Shown: positions 33,501 to 46,361 of the stretch, piece by piece
Layout of the letters: every line of letters starts with the position of its first letter
How positions within the stretch are numbered: position 1 is the stretch's first letter
Assembly (NCBI RefSeq): GCF_000143415.4
Contig: NW_003314270.1
Span: 1,915,048 to 1,979,047, forward strand
DNA: 64,000 nt
Direction: 5' to 3'
From: Selaginella moellendorffii
Taxonomy: Eukaryota > Plantae > Lycopodiophyta
Notes under the pieces: model-generated
Seen by the model: only the letters and a program-made list of their open reading frames with translations
The model's database searches: none
Told to the model about the DNA's origin: nothing
Position numbers and translations under genes: made by a program

Positions 33501-36204
33501 ATGCTGGGGTCTCCTCCTTCGAGGTCTCAAAACGATCCAGAGTCGCCGTCTCTTGGTAAGAAGCCCGGTGCCTGGCCACCCACGGTGATGGAGCCGCTTC
33601 CGGCGAATCACGGCTACAATCCCAGCATGCTCGGCTCTTGGGCTCGACGAACAGGCTACAAGAGTCGCGAGACCACTGGGACTTTCTCGACTGGGGAGCA
33701 AGAGCTTCCAAAGCCGCCGGCATACAGGGAGAGAGTTTTTGGCAATGCTGCTGGTGGAGCTACCGCTGGAACGAATGCTCCAGCGGCATTGAACGGGAAT
33801 GGACTTAGGAATTCGGTAGCCGCGGCCGGCAAGGAAAAGAATGGGATCCCAGCGATTTCTGAGACAGTTCCAGTGACGAATGTGGCTGCTGCTGCTGGTA
33901 ATGGTGTGAGGAAAATTAGCGAGCCCATTCGGATCGAGCCGATGAAGAATTTCAGGGACAGGGAGTCTGACGTCATGTCGTCCCAAGATCCAGACGATGG
34001 TGGATCGATCAAGCAGACTCATATGAAATACGAAATCAGGGAAAATCCCGGACTCGGTAAGACTTTTGCTTGTTTACCTTGGTGTTCTTCAGCTGATTGA
34101 GTTGCTGTTAAGTTGTCGGTGCTCATCATTTTTCTTGTGCTGCCTTTCTTGTGACATACACGAACTGATTTTTGTTGTTACAGTTCCACTGATCCTCTAC
34201 GGGCTTCAGCACTATTTTTCTATCATTGGATCGCTGATTCTCGTGCCGCTGGTTTTGGTCCCACTCATAGGCGGAAATGATGTAAGTCGTTTATACTTCT
34301 CCGCTGAGTGTTCTTGTCAATGATAGCAAGCTTTCTTGCATTCTTTTGTTTTCTGTATCCTCAGAATGATACATCGCGAGTGGTTTCCACTACATTGCTT
34401 GTTTCCGGGATCACGACGCTTATTCATTTGTGCTTCGGATCAAGGCTGCCTCTAATACAAGGCCCGTCGTTTGTGTACCTGGCTCCAGCTTTGGTGATTG
34501 CGAACTCGCCAGAGTTTTCCAACGTACCTGGAAATGTAAGGATACTCCTCTGTTGATTTTTCCTTGAGTTTGTTTGTTTATTGTAGAGGTTCAAGCACAC
34601 CATGAAGGAACTACAAGGTGCCGTCATAATCTCCTCGTTGTTCCAGATCATTGCTGGCTACAGTGGCCTAATGTCATTTTTGCTTAGGTATGTATGTCTT
34701 CAATCTTCTTAACTGATGATGGGTTATGTCTCCAGAGTTATAAATCCTGTGATTGTCTCGCCAACTGTAGCAGCCGTTGGTTTGGCATTCTTTACGTATG
34801 GTTTCACGACTGTTGGTTCATGTGTTGAAATTGGGATACCACAGATTATTGTGGTCATCATCTTCGCTCTGGTTTGTTTGCGTTAAGTTCTTCTCCTAAA
34901 TTTTCTCAGACGCGTCTGTTTGCAGCATCTTCGGAAGATTTCAATTTTCGGGCATAGGATTTTCCAAATTTATGCTGTGAGTTTCACTTTCTTTATGATT
35001 CAGCTGGATTAAATCCTTCAAAACAGGTGCCTCTCGGCTTGGCAACAACTTGGGCCTACGCGTTCTTGTTAACTGAAACGGGAGCTTACAACTATAAAGG
35101 TTGTAAGATGGACATGGCGAATCCTTCAGCGGCTTGCCAGCGGCACATCCATACAATGAGAAGTTGTAGAACCGACGCTTCACATGCCCTCAGAGACGCA
35201 GCCTGGGTAAGATTCCCTTATCCGTTCCAATGGGGAACTCCGACTTTCAGCCTCAGAACGGGGGCAGTAATGATTGCTGCTTCTATCATAGCTTCAGTGG
35301 ACTCGGTAAGTTTTCGAGAGTTCCGGTGTCATGTCTTCTCTTGACAAGTATTCGGTTTGCTTTCTTCAGGTAGGATCTTATCATGCAACGTCCCTTCTGG
35401 TTGCTTCAAGAGCTCCAACCCCTGGACTTGTAAGTCGGGCCATAGGCCTGGAAGGCATCACGAGTGCTCTGGCTGGTCTGTGGGGAATCGGAACCGGAGC
35501 AACGACTCTCACTGAAAACGTACACACGATCGCGGTGACGAGAATGGGAAGCCGTCACGCCGTGACATTCGGTGCATTCGTTCTCATAGCCTTGTCTTTC
35601 ATAGGTAAGCTTCTGCATCATTTTCTTCCTTGCTTTGCCATGCTCATAAAGTTTCCTTCGCTTTTCAGGCAAAGTTGGAGCCTTTCTTGCGTCGATTCCC
35701 CAAGTTATGGTGGCTGCGCTCCTGTGCATTATGTGGGCAATGCTGACAGCCTGGGGGCTGTCGTATCTCCGCTACACGGAAACTGGGAGCTCCCGCAACG
35801 TTCTCATCGTTGGGCTTTCGCTCTTCCTGTCTCTATCGGTGCCTGCGTACTTCCAGCAGTATAACGCTGGCAGCAACGCCGTCCAGTTCTTTCTTGCCCC
35901 GTATTCCGTTGCTACACACGGGCCCATACAAACCAAGAGCGGAACAGTAAGTTTGCTTCCTCCCCGTTCCTTATTTTGTTTGATTCCTTCGCTCTTGTCA
36001 GTCATCGTCTTTATAGCCTGAGTTTTAAGTCAGTCCTTTCCAGCATCGTTAGTTCGTCCGCTTGCAAGTTTTCTCCAGCCTGTTTGCTTTGTCTTGTTTC
36101 GCTTGTGTCAAAGTTCTTGTCTCTAGATTCTTTGTTATGTTTCTTGTTCTTTGGATAGCTTATCTCGTCCCGGAACGATCTTGAGAATGGGTTCTAACGC
36201 CATC

Positions 36205-36239
<35 letters not shown>

Positions 36240-36465
36240 CCAGGTGAACTTCATCTTTAACAGCCTGCTATCGATGCATATGGTGATAGCCTTCGTGGTG
36301 GCGTTTTTCCTGGACAACACTGTTCCTGGCAGCAAGCAAGAGCGCGGGATCTACGTGTGGTCTCGTCCCAGGAGCGCTAAGAACGAGCCGGCATTCCAAA
36401 GGGACTATGGCCTCCCCTTTGGGCTATGGAAGTTCTTCGCGTGGGTGAAATGGGTGGGCGTGTGA
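33501..36465 (+). CDS. Nucleobase-ascorbate transporter (NAT11/12-like)
   Basis: HMKYEIRENPGL, YGLQHYFSIIGS, GSRLPLIQGPSF, signature TENVHTIAVTRMGSR, LDNTVPGSKQERG. Confidence 0.93.
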
Positions 36466-37077
36466 GCGATCGAGCGAGCGAGCTGAGTGAGGGAGAGTGA
36501 GAGAGAGCGAGCGAGAGAGAGAGATAGAGAGAGAGATAGAGCGAGAGAAAGAGAAGAGCAAAGAAAAGAAAAGAGAGAGGTGATTGTTTGTTTGTATGAT
36601 ATATAGAAGACGAAGAAATCATTTTGGGCGGGAAGTGGCATATTCTCTAGCATTCTCTAGCATTGCTTAAAACTTTGTTGGCGTGCTTCCTCTGGAATAG
36701 GGTTAGGTTTGAGAGGCGCTCGATCGATCGATCCCACCGCTCGTGGCGCCTTTACTCCGCTTCTTTCATGACAGGGAGACGATGCTCCGGCTAGGTTTGC
36801 GGAGTCCGGATTTTTCTCCCAGGTATCGTGAATGCTGTGATCGCATTTCCTTTCTCCTCATTTCCTCGATCTTTTCTCTCGGATAGCTGGAAATATTTGT
36901 CCTAGGCCCCCAGCCGATGACGCCGCGATGAAGCTCGACACTTCCGACACTGTTCTTCGCAAGCTATCGCGGATTTCGCCGAGTGATGATGATTCCGCGA
37001 CGGCGCTGGGCCAAAGCTGACCCTACTCGGGCATATTTTCGCAAGAAATCCAGCGCTTCCAGAGGTCTTGCCGAGGC

Positions 37078-39696
37078 ATGGATCGCTTCGGGGAAGGTAA
37101 GTTGTCCCAGGGATTGAGGCTGGATTTGAGAGGGGATAGTAGATCGGAAAGCCTCCGGTCGGGTGTGGGTGTGGAGAGGGGAGTATCTGGATTGGGGAAT
37201 GGGTTTAAGTTGCTTAGAGTACCCCAGGCATTCTTAGCGTTGCTGCGAGGAGATTATGAGTTGAATGGTGAGTGATAGTTGGAGAGGTTTAGGAGAGTCT
37301 GTGTCATTTATTTCATCTCGCTCATCTTGTTTAATTCCTTATAGGTTTGTTTCCAACAACATGGTTCGTACCCACGGGTATCCAGACACACAAATGCGAC
37401 AAGTGCGTCCGGGAGTTTTTCTCTCCTTTCAATTGTCGTCGGCACATGAGATTTCATCGGAAAACACTCCATCCAGACAAGGTGAGTACGAAGCTCTGTT
37501 TCCTTTCTCTTTTTCTTTGGTTCGTTTTGCTGAATACAAGGCTTGAGTATTGAGTTTGTGCAGGACGAGCTGTCGAAGCAAAGGGATGCCATTGGCCAAT
37601 TCTGGGCGCAGGTGTTTCGTGCGCTAATAGCTTACGTTCCCGGAGGTACTGATCATACTTTGACTTGTTGCAGTTATCTCCAGCCCAAGCTTCTGAGATC
37701 CTCTCCTTGAAGTCTTCTCGGGTAGATGTAAGTCTCTTTGTTATTGGTTCTTGAATCTGGGACTAAAAGCTAGCTGCAGGAGATTACTGGGACTAATATC
37801 GAGCAGGCCCTACAAAAACACATGCAGATGTCCGGTGTTGCATACCTGACACAGGCCTACTTCAGAGCTGGAAGACAACTGGTAAGGCTGTCAAAACTTT
37901 CATGGCTTTGTCACTGGGATACGTCGCACTTCAGGAAGATATACGGGTCAATGCCGCAGCAAATGTGGCTTCCGAGCTTCTGTTCAAAGTATTGGACGAC
38001 GCAAGTGAGAAGACTTTCCTGATCGGTGGGACGAGTGTGGCTGTGGCACGTTACGTGTATCAAAAGGACCCTCCACATGGAGAAGAGAAGAACGCTATAG
38101 CAACTTTGGCTTTTCTCATCGAGGATAACTTGGTACTGTCTGCTGGTTTTTGTACCAAAACTGTAATTGTTTGTTGTTCAGGTGAAAGCTTGGAATGCGG
38201 AAAAGGATAAGAAAGCGCTTGACATCCAGAGAGCCCTCGTCGAAGAAGAGGAAGCTGCTCAGAAGAAGTAACGATCTTGATATTTTTGTTATATATATAT
38301 ATGTATATATATCTGAACGGGCATGGTTTCTGTTAGGCGCGAGAGGGAACTGGAAAGGAAGCGTCTAAAAAAGCAAAGACAAAGGGAGAAGAGAGCTGGA
38401 GGTAATCCACCCGACACTGGCATACAAAACGACGACACCGACTTACAGCAGGACGTAGAATCCGCAGCAGTTGGTGGATTTTCTTCTTTAGCTACGGGCG
38501 CCGAGGATTCAGATATAGAGAAGGTTGAAACCGGTACTGCTAGGTGGGCAGAGGAACCCGACAATTCCCAGGAAGAGTTTACCGTCAGCAGGCCCCAGCG
38601 GAGGCGCTTTGTTGTGCACACTCAAGCTGAACAGAAGCAGTCGAGTTTTCCGAAGTACAAGCCAAGATATACGAGGGGCAACAGAGGTGCGAATGTTGGA
38701 GCAAACGGCTACACTTGCTGGACGAGAAAGAACAATGCAGACAATGTTTGCGACGCCTCTACTGCTATAGAAGCTGATAGCAATCCTGATGGAATCCTCA
38801 ACGAACACGCTCAAGGAGAGACCATACCAGGCGAGAAGCTCACTAGCACAGGTGAAGCGGAGCAGGTTCCAAATGCTGAAGGACTCGATGATTCTCGAGT
38901 TGTTCATCAGGACCAACTGTATCTGGACCAAGAGGAGCTTATGATTGGCACCTTGAGCATACCGCTCAATGCCCGTGCATTGGAAGCTTTGAGGCCGTCT
39001 TCCCAGCGTTTTGACTCCTTGGAGAAAGAGCTGCTGACGCCCGTGAGCTTGAAAGGCGACGGTGGTACTAAAGCGGACGAAATGCCAGCGGCTGAGGAGT
39101 GCTCGTTGGAGAATCAGACGCCAGCAAGTGCTGAACGCGAGGCCACGGCGACAGGTGACGAGCAAGAGTTTGCCAGGGTGGCGGAGGCATGCATGGCGTT
39201 CCTCGTTGACAGTAAGTTCTAAGTTCTGTGTCACGACTCGTCTAAACGCTCTTTCTTTCCAGGATGGCGCAAGGCTATATCAGATCCAGAGGCAGTGGTT
39301 TTCGCGGTTCTGGAGGAGTCACTGGCCGATGGTGAGACGCCTGAGGTTCAGAAACTGGAAGCTGGCCCAGAAGGTGGTGTTGACGGTCATCCGGAGGTGG
39401 ACAAGGCCGGAAATGGTGAAGCTGACAAGGAGGAGGCTCCAGACGCCAGTGAAGTAGCAGGAAGTGTAGGAAATTCTTTAGAGTCGGGCGGCGTAGCGAG
39501 CGTAGGGAACCTGGAAGCTGGCAACGCAGAGGAGTCGTCCAGCGGCGGCAACGTTTTGGGTTTGCGCGGCGGGGTGAAGGGAGAGGAGGAGAAGCGGCTC
39601 GACGGCAGGAACGGGACTTGCAACAAGAAGGCAGGCCCCAACAAGTGGAAGAAGGGCAAGGCGTCCGAGCAGAGATACTTGCCCAAGAAGCAGTGA
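37078..39696 (+). CDS. C2H2-like zinc-finger protein (At4g25610-like); start codon uncertain
   Basis: KCDKCVREFFSPFNCRRHMRFH, ELLFKVLDDASEKTFL, LVKAWNAEKD…LVEEEEAAQK. Multi-exon. Confidence 0.75.
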
Positions 39697-39749
39697 GAAA
39701 AGAGGTTTTTGTGACGGTGGTGGCGGTAGGCTTTTTGATGTTTCTGGTG

Positions 39750-40110
39750 GGGAGGATTCATCGGCTACTGTGGTAGAGGATTCGTTGGCTACTGCGGTGG
39801 CGGAGGAGAGGATTCATCGGCTGCGGAGGAGAGGACTCATCGGCTACTGTGGTGTGGTGGCGGAGGAGAGGACTCATTGGCTACTTCGGTGGCGCAGGAG
39901 AGAACTCATCGGCTACTTTGGTGGCGGAGAGGATTCCTCGGCTACTGTGGTGGCGGAGAGAGAGACGTAGGATTAACGCTGGGGATGGAAGGCACGGCGA
40001 CGACGGTGGTGGTGGTGATGGTGGTGAAAGTTTTGGGACAGTGGTGGTGGTGGTGATGGTGGTGAAAGTTTTGGGACAGTGGTGGTGGTGGCGGTGACGG
40101 TGCTGGTGGT
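39750..40110. repeat. Imperfect ~30-bp tandem repeat plus (GGT)-rich duplicated unit
   Basis: GGCGGAGGAGAGGA(T/C)TCATCGGCTACT..GGT repeated about 7 times. GATGGTGGTGAAAGTTTTGGGACAGTGGTGG occurs twice. Confidence 0.8.
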
Positions 40111-40399
40111 GGCATTTTTTTTTGGATGGAGATGGTGGAAACGTTACAGCTCTCGAAGTCGACATCATCATAGGGACTGGTTACTTTCTAAACGGGCTGT
40201 ACATATTTTGCCAAGTTGAGGTGGACGCGACGCTTATATCCTTGTTCCTTTTTTATTTTTTCTCTCCGCAAATCGATCGGACCGAACTCTTTAAAGAACG
40301 CGCGAAGATTTCTTTTGAATTTTTAGGGCTTTTGACACCATCTTGGGCCAAACCATGGAAACCTGGAAACTACGAGAAATGACTTGTCACCTGGACGAT

Positions 40400-42700
40400 G
40401 ATGAATGCCACACCTGAGAAGCAATGGAAGGATCATGACCAAATGAGTTCTCTCATTGTCCAGCAGCTGGAGGCTGAGGCTGGAGAGCTGGAGCAACGAC
40501 TACAACTTAAATCCTGCAGCCAAGCATGGTCCATCTTCTCCTTCAAGCAGGACAGTAACCAAGATGCTCATTTAGATATAGCTGGCCATTGTTCTTGGAT
40601 GCTAAAAACTAGTATGAAGATCTCTTTAGTTATTGTGCCAAATTCTTTAGATATTCTTGCAGAATGCTCATACATCAGGGTCCATCTAGAAAGCAAATCA
40701 TAGCAATACAACAATTCTAAGATAACATGAAAGAAACTATAATGCATTGGTAATCTGCACTTGGTATATCATCCACAGCTATATACATCAATACATTTCA
40801 ATTGGTTGATATTAAATATCAAATGAATTTTCACCATAGTTAATAGTCATGTTTGATCATATAGACTAACATGTCTATGAGAAAATTCATCACTCTTCTC
40901 TCCACAAAAGTATTAATGTGTTTGGTCAATTACTTAATAGAAAAATCACCCACACAAAGATAATATCTCCCATTTAGAATTGGCAATGTTATTGAAAAAC
41001 TTTTTTACACTGTCTTGAGCCACTTCTAAATTCTATTTGCACATCATCAAAATATCAGTTAAACTTCCTTGCTTAATCCCAACTCTAATGTTGCTTTCCA
41101 AACATGGCAAAGTAGCTAAAATATATGTAGTGACAAGTGAGTGACAAGTGAGAGAGGTGTCTTAATAGTGTTATGCTAATTGAAAAGCATTGTAAATGTA
41201 GTTAGGGCAAATGTATGCACAAATTTCACAAGATTTTGTCAGAATATTAGCCCTTAATTTGATTATTTGGCTCCATATGAAGTAAAAGGCTTTGGAAACA
41301 AACACTATATTGCATAATTAATTTAAACAACTTTTAACAAATGATGCAATTGTTGGAAAGTATCATCATAATTGTTAACATATTTAATTGCACATTTGAA
41401 GATATCTAAGTCTAAGAGAAAGTTTTAACCCACACACTCAAATCATTATACCATTGTAATGCTATCCCTTTGAAACATATGGAAAATTCGTATATACATT
41501 AAGCATCATCCTAAAAATCATAGGTAGTAATCACTGTAAAATGATTGAACCAATGGTACACATAATTTTTAGGATTCTAATGAAAAAGAACTTTAGCCGA
41601 ACGTGAGGATTAACATCAAAACTAATAAATGCCACCATTAACTAAGTTTAATTGTTCAATTGTTATTACATAACACCAAGCAACTACATTAATTGCTACT
41701 CTAGAGTTATAGGAAAAGGAAGCTAGAAAAGGAAAAGAGAATAAATGAAAAATAAAACTATAAGAATAATAGAGATTTCAATAATGCAAAAGCTAAAACT
41801 ACAAATTTGATTGCATAGAATACATAAATGTGTATATTCAATTAGCCCAAAAACCCTAGGCTATATATAAAAATGGATTGAAATTATTGAAATCCCACTA
41901 TTCTAATACTAGTAAATGGGATAAATTATGTTTATATTTGATAATTAGAAATTTCATATATCTTGATTTTCAGATATATGTTATATAGTAAAATGTAATA
42001 CATTTATAATGTAAACCATATTTAAAATGCCCATTTTAAAATATAGTATACATTCCCTTTAGGTTTCTTTTTATAGTTTTTATTCTAGTTGCAAGAAAAA
42101 AATTCATTAGTTTTTTAAAATAAAATATTAATATTAAAGAAATAAGAAATAAATCTTTAATTAATAATTGAAAAGCATGACATTAAATAGTGTAGTGTAT
42201 ATGTTAATTGAATTTGTTCTCATAACACACTTATAAAATAACATATTTTATTAAAGTCCCACCTCAAAATATATTATTCATGATAAATATAGCGGGCTTT
42301 TATCATAATGTTATCAAAGATAATATAGAAATAAAAATCATAATTTCTTTGTTCATTTCAACATTATTCATTTTCATACTTTGGAAAAATATTTGAGTGG
42401 AGAGATAGAAGCATTGTTATTGATGCTATTTAAAACATGTTAAAAGTGTTAGTATAAATTAATTTAGTTTTTAATAATTTGATATTAATATAAAAATTAT
42501 AATCATAGTTATTATTATACTATTAGTCTACATAATTGTTATATATTTAGAATTTAATTTTAAATTTTAAAAAGAAAACAAAATATATATTAAAAAATAT
42601 ACTATTTAGTTTCATCGTTAGTATATTTTGTTAAATGATTTATAATTAAACAAAATTTAAATTTAAATTAAAATGAAATGTAGCTGAATATTCCTTTGAT
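40400..42700. other. AT-rich, CpG-depleted intergenic block, probably an ancient transposon relic
   Basis: No long ORFs and a sharp compositional contrast with the flanks. Family not identifiable. Confidence 0.4.
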
Positions 42701-42784
42701 TGTTTAGGTCTTTTTACCTTTGGCTAGGGCTTTTGTAGCGCGGCGATGGCATGAGGTGAGCGCCCCCCCTTCCCTTCAAAGAGA

Positions 42785-44854
42785 ATGGAAAGTGATGATA
42801 CTGGTGATGATGATCTGGTAGATGATGAGGAGCTGTGTGCGTTTGTGGCCCGCCATGGATTCCTGGAAGACGAGGACGGAGATCCGGCGGACGAGGACGG
42901 AGGAGAGGAAGACGGAGAGGCGGCGGACGAGGCCGTTTTGCAGTCCTTGCGGAGCGTCTGTGAGAAGATCGAGGGTAAGAAGCGATTGGAAGTGGAAAGC
43001 AGTGGGGTGGAGCAGCAGCCAATTCAGGGACTGGATGAGCAGCAAGAAACTCAAGGTGTGGAACAGCAGGAAACCCAGGTACTGGACTACAACTCGCAGC
43101 TCCTCCAGCATTCTCTCGACAAGAACAAGCAGTGCCAAGAACATCTTCGTAACTTGCTTCTGCGAGTGGAGGAAAGAAAAAAGGAGAACGCCGAGATCCA
43201 GAGGCGCGTCAAGACGCTCATGGGATTCGAGAAGCACTGCAACCGGCGAGCATTCGACCGGGGCTGCGTTGCGAGGTTCGTCGCGTCCCTGGCCACCTTA
43301 AGCTACTCCACTTCCAGGCTCAAGAAGCACCGAGTCGTGGCCGGCCCCGAGAAGAACAAGGACGTGGACAACTTCCGGGAGCTCAAGAACAGCGTCAAGT
43401 GCTCGAAAAGCTGGTCGCCGAAGGAGAGCGAGGCCCTGCACAGCACGGTAAAGATGCAAGTCCAGCAGCATCTCCTTGTCCAGGCTATGGAAGCGGTGGT
43501 CCTGGACTTGAAAACAGGAGTCTCTCTGGAAGAGCGCGAGAAGGAGATCGACAACATCTCGGATGCGGAGGTGAGGAACCTGATCGATGTGGTGGACTGG
43601 GAGATCGTCTCCAGGGGCTCGCTTCCGGCTAGAACGGCCAAGGAGTGCAAGGCCAGGTGGATCAACTTCGAGGACAAGCTCATTAACCACGGGCCCTGGA
43701 GCAAAGCCGAGGACCTCCAGCTCCTGAGCATTGCCAAGGAGTTTGGCTTCGCTCAGTGGGAGAGTGTGGCCGAGAAGCTCGGGACTTACAGAACTCCAGC
43801 GCAGTGTTTGATCCGGTACCAAAGGAGCTTGAACGCCAACTTATCGCTGAGAGAGTGGAGCCGGGAGGATGACGAGCAGCTCAAGCTGGCGGTGGACATG
43901 TGTGGCGAGAAGGACTGGCAGAACGTAGCGGCGTGCCTGGAGGGAAGAACGGGGCAGCAAGCGATGCACAGGTGGAAAGAAGTTTTGAGGGGGAAGAAGC
44001 GCGGGCGATGGTCGCTGGAGGAGGACAAGCGCCTCAAGTGTGCCGTGATGGTGTGCGGGCCTCACCAGTGGAAGTCCGTCGCGGCTCACGTCCCCGGCCG
44101 GTCAGAGACGCAGTGCCGAGAGAGGTGGCGGAACGTTTTGGATCCAAAGCTGAGCTTCGATATGTGGAGTCCGGAGGAGGACGAGAAGCTGGAGGAGGCC
44201 GTGGAGAAGTTTGGGATGCATAAGTGGTCGTCGGTGGCGGAGGTGATGTCGCCGAGAACGGACAACCAGTGCTGGCGGCGGTGGATGGCTTTGCATCCCG
44301 AGAGCAAGGAGAGTTTCCACAGGGAGGTGGTGCTCAAGAAAACGCTGCTGCCCCGATTCTCCAAGAGGAAGAAAGAGCGGCCGGGGCTGGAAGTGAGCGA
44401 CATCCTCCTGGTGGAGAGTGGTGACACTGTCTTGCAATTGCCCCCGGGGAGTGACGATCCTGGCCAAGACGTGGAAGCTAGTAGCTTCGAGCTGGACGAA
44501 GAGCTGGAAGAAGATCTCGAGAGTCCCGGAAAGCCAGGAGTTGAGCGCTGTAGACGAAACTCGATGGTGGACGTTACCAGTGAGAAGGATTTCGGTGGTG
44601 GTGGTTGCAAGAAGCGGGCTAGAACGAGGGCCGGGAGAGTGGAGGATTCACAGGCAAAGCGTCCTCGGCAACGAAAGCCGCGAGGCCGAAAGACGGTGGA
44701 CGTGGATCTTGAAGATGAGTCGCAAGATGGAAGGGAGATGCGAGCTGCTAGATTGGAGAAGATACGAGGCAAACGAAAGGATGGCGAAGATCTGGAGATA
44801 AATGAAGTCACGGAAACGATCGGAAGGCAAAGCAAGAAGATATGTTCAAGGTGA
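42785..44854 (+). CDS. 4R-MYB / snRNA-activating protein complex subunit 4 (SNAP190, MYB4R1-like), intronless
   Basis: A half repeat plus four MYB repeats (GPWSKAED, REWSREDD, GRWSLEED, DMWSPEED). Motifs QCLIRYQRSLN and RTDNQCWRRW. Confidence 0.88.
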   Translation: MESDDTGDDDLVDDEELCAFVARHGFLEDEDGDPADEDGGEEDGEAADEAVLQSLRSVCEKIEGKKRLEVESSGVEQQPIQGLDEQQETQGVEQQETQVLDYNSQLLQHSLDKNKQCQEHLRNLLLRVEERKKENAEIQRRVKTLMGFEKHCNRRAFDRGCVARFVASLATLSYSTSRLKKHRVVAGPEKNKDVDNFRELKNSVKCSKSWSPKESEALHSTVKMQVQQHLLVQAMEAVVLDLKTGVSLEEREKEIDNISDAEVRNLIDVVDWEIVSRGSLPARTAKECKARWINFEDKLINHGPWSKAEDLQLLSIAKEFGFAQWESVAEKLGTYRTPAQCLIRYQRSLNANLSLREWSREDDEQLKLAVDMCGEKDWQNVAACLEGRTGQQAMHRWKEVLRGKKRGRWSLEEDKRLKCAVMVCGPHQWKSVAAHVPGRSETQCRERWRNVLDPKLSFDMWSPEEDEKLEEAVEKFGMHKWSSVAEVMSPRTDNQCWRRWMALHPESKESFHREVVLKKTLLPRFSKRKKERPGLEVSDILLVESGDTVLQLPPGSDDPGQDVEASSFELDEELEEDLESPGKPGVERCRRNSMVDVTSEKDFGGGGCKKRARTRAGRVEDSQAKRPRQRKPRGRKTVDVDLEDESQDGREMRAARLEKIRGKRKDGEDLEINEVTETIGRQSKKICSR

Positions 44855-45024
44855 CGAGGAGATTTTTTTCTCATTCTCTTTTGTTTTTCGAGGCTTAGAT
44901 AGGGCTAAGTTAAAAGTTTGATCGAAGGATGGTTTCGAAAAGAAACATGAAAGCTTCATCTTATACATATGCTGTGTCATGTACAAGCGCTCTTTCTAAA
45001 AACTAAAAGCTTCTTTGTTCGTCG

Positions 45025-45914
45025 CTAAGTTGGATAGTCAGCGTTGATGCCAAGTATGCGAACCTTGTGCATGTGAGGAAGCTTTGCGATGACGAGCACG
45101 AGCACCGCGATGGTGTTGAGGAGGAGGAAAGGGTTCTTGTAGTCCGTGGTGTGGGACGCGATGAGATACCTAGAGGAAAAAGAGTTTCACTGCATGAGAG
45201 CTCGCTCGAAAGCAATGGAAGATTAAGCAAGAACAAGAGACTTCACTGCATGAGAAGATAGAGCTTGCTCGAAGATCAAGTAAGAACAATGCGTGAGAAG
45301 ATAGAGCTCTCGCTCGAAAGCAATGGAATGGATCAAGAGACTTTCACTGCGTGAAAAGATAGAACTCGCTCGGAAGCAATGGAATAAGTAAGAACAAGAG
45401 ACTTTCACTGCGTGAAGCAATGGAATAGATCAAGCAAGATCACTGCGTGAGACAAGATAGAGCTCGATCGAAAGAAAGCAAGACCAAGAGAAAACTTACA
45501 AGACCACTGGCACCACCATCAAGAACTTGCGGTTCCGCGTGAGCTGCCGCCCGTGATCCATTTGCTCCCACCACGTCAATTTGCTATATAGGCCTTGGTC
45601 CTCGGCAAACGGCGTCCCCTTCTTCCAGTGGAAGAAGTTGTATGTCACCTACGCACGCATTTTCTCGTGATCTTAGAAAAAACCATAGAAACAAGAAAAA
45701 AAAAACCAAAGAGGGGAACAAAAAATTGAAGGCTTACTCCAAAGTGGACCAGATTGACAATCGTCCATGCCGTTCCCACGGAGCATCCCAGCAGCGATAG
45801 CACCAAAAGCCATGACAAGAAGATGATGAGGATGTAGGTCGTCCAGATTCCAGGGTACTGGAACCACTCTGTGTTCTTGTTGAGATCCGCGGGATGCCCT
45901 ACCTTCACGAACAT
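45025..45914 (-). CDS. ORM: ORM/ORMDL sphingolipid regulator, 3 exons
   Basis: DLNKNTEWFQYPGIWTTYI, FHWKKGTPFAEDQG…LTWWEQMD…LTRNRKFL, IAKLPHMHKVRILGIN. Confidence 0.93.
45180..45490. repeat. Imperfect ~55-60 bp tandem repeat in ORM intron 2
   Basis: Unit like GATAGAGCTCGCTCGAAAGCAATGGAA…CAAGAGACTTTCACTGCGTGA, about 5 copies. Confidence 0.8.
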
Positions 45915-46210
45915 CGGGCCAAGCGAGCAGCGCTCCCAAAACCCTGATCTTAGAACTCTACAACCCTAGAAGAGAGGCGAATATGCTTGGCCCCGTCAGC
46001 ATTCACACGTGGAGCACTCGTGGCACGGTGGGTGACACATGGAGGGCCGTGAATCTTTGGTTTTAGGGCTTGCTGCCAGGTAGGAGAGAATGGCGGCATA
46101 TTGTAGGATATGCCGGAATGTCGCTTTACACGTGGCTGGGTTTTGCAGAGGTGGCATTGCTCGCAATCTGTGTGCCCAATAGCGATTGGCTAAGCCTATC
46201 TCACTCTCTC

Positions 46211-46242
<32 letters not shown>

Positions 46243-46361
46243 TCGATCGAGCGTGGGGCATAGCTGCGAAGCTGATGGTAAAATTGGATTGGTCGTGGGC
46301 GCGGCTTCACGCCATGCAAGCGCTGATTTTCCTGTGAGCGAAACACCAGGTCTCTTGGGCG

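Noticed and set aside
39750-39965. Repeat array considered as CRISPR-like
   Set aside because: Eukaryotic context, degenerate contiguous units, no unique spacers and no cas genes.
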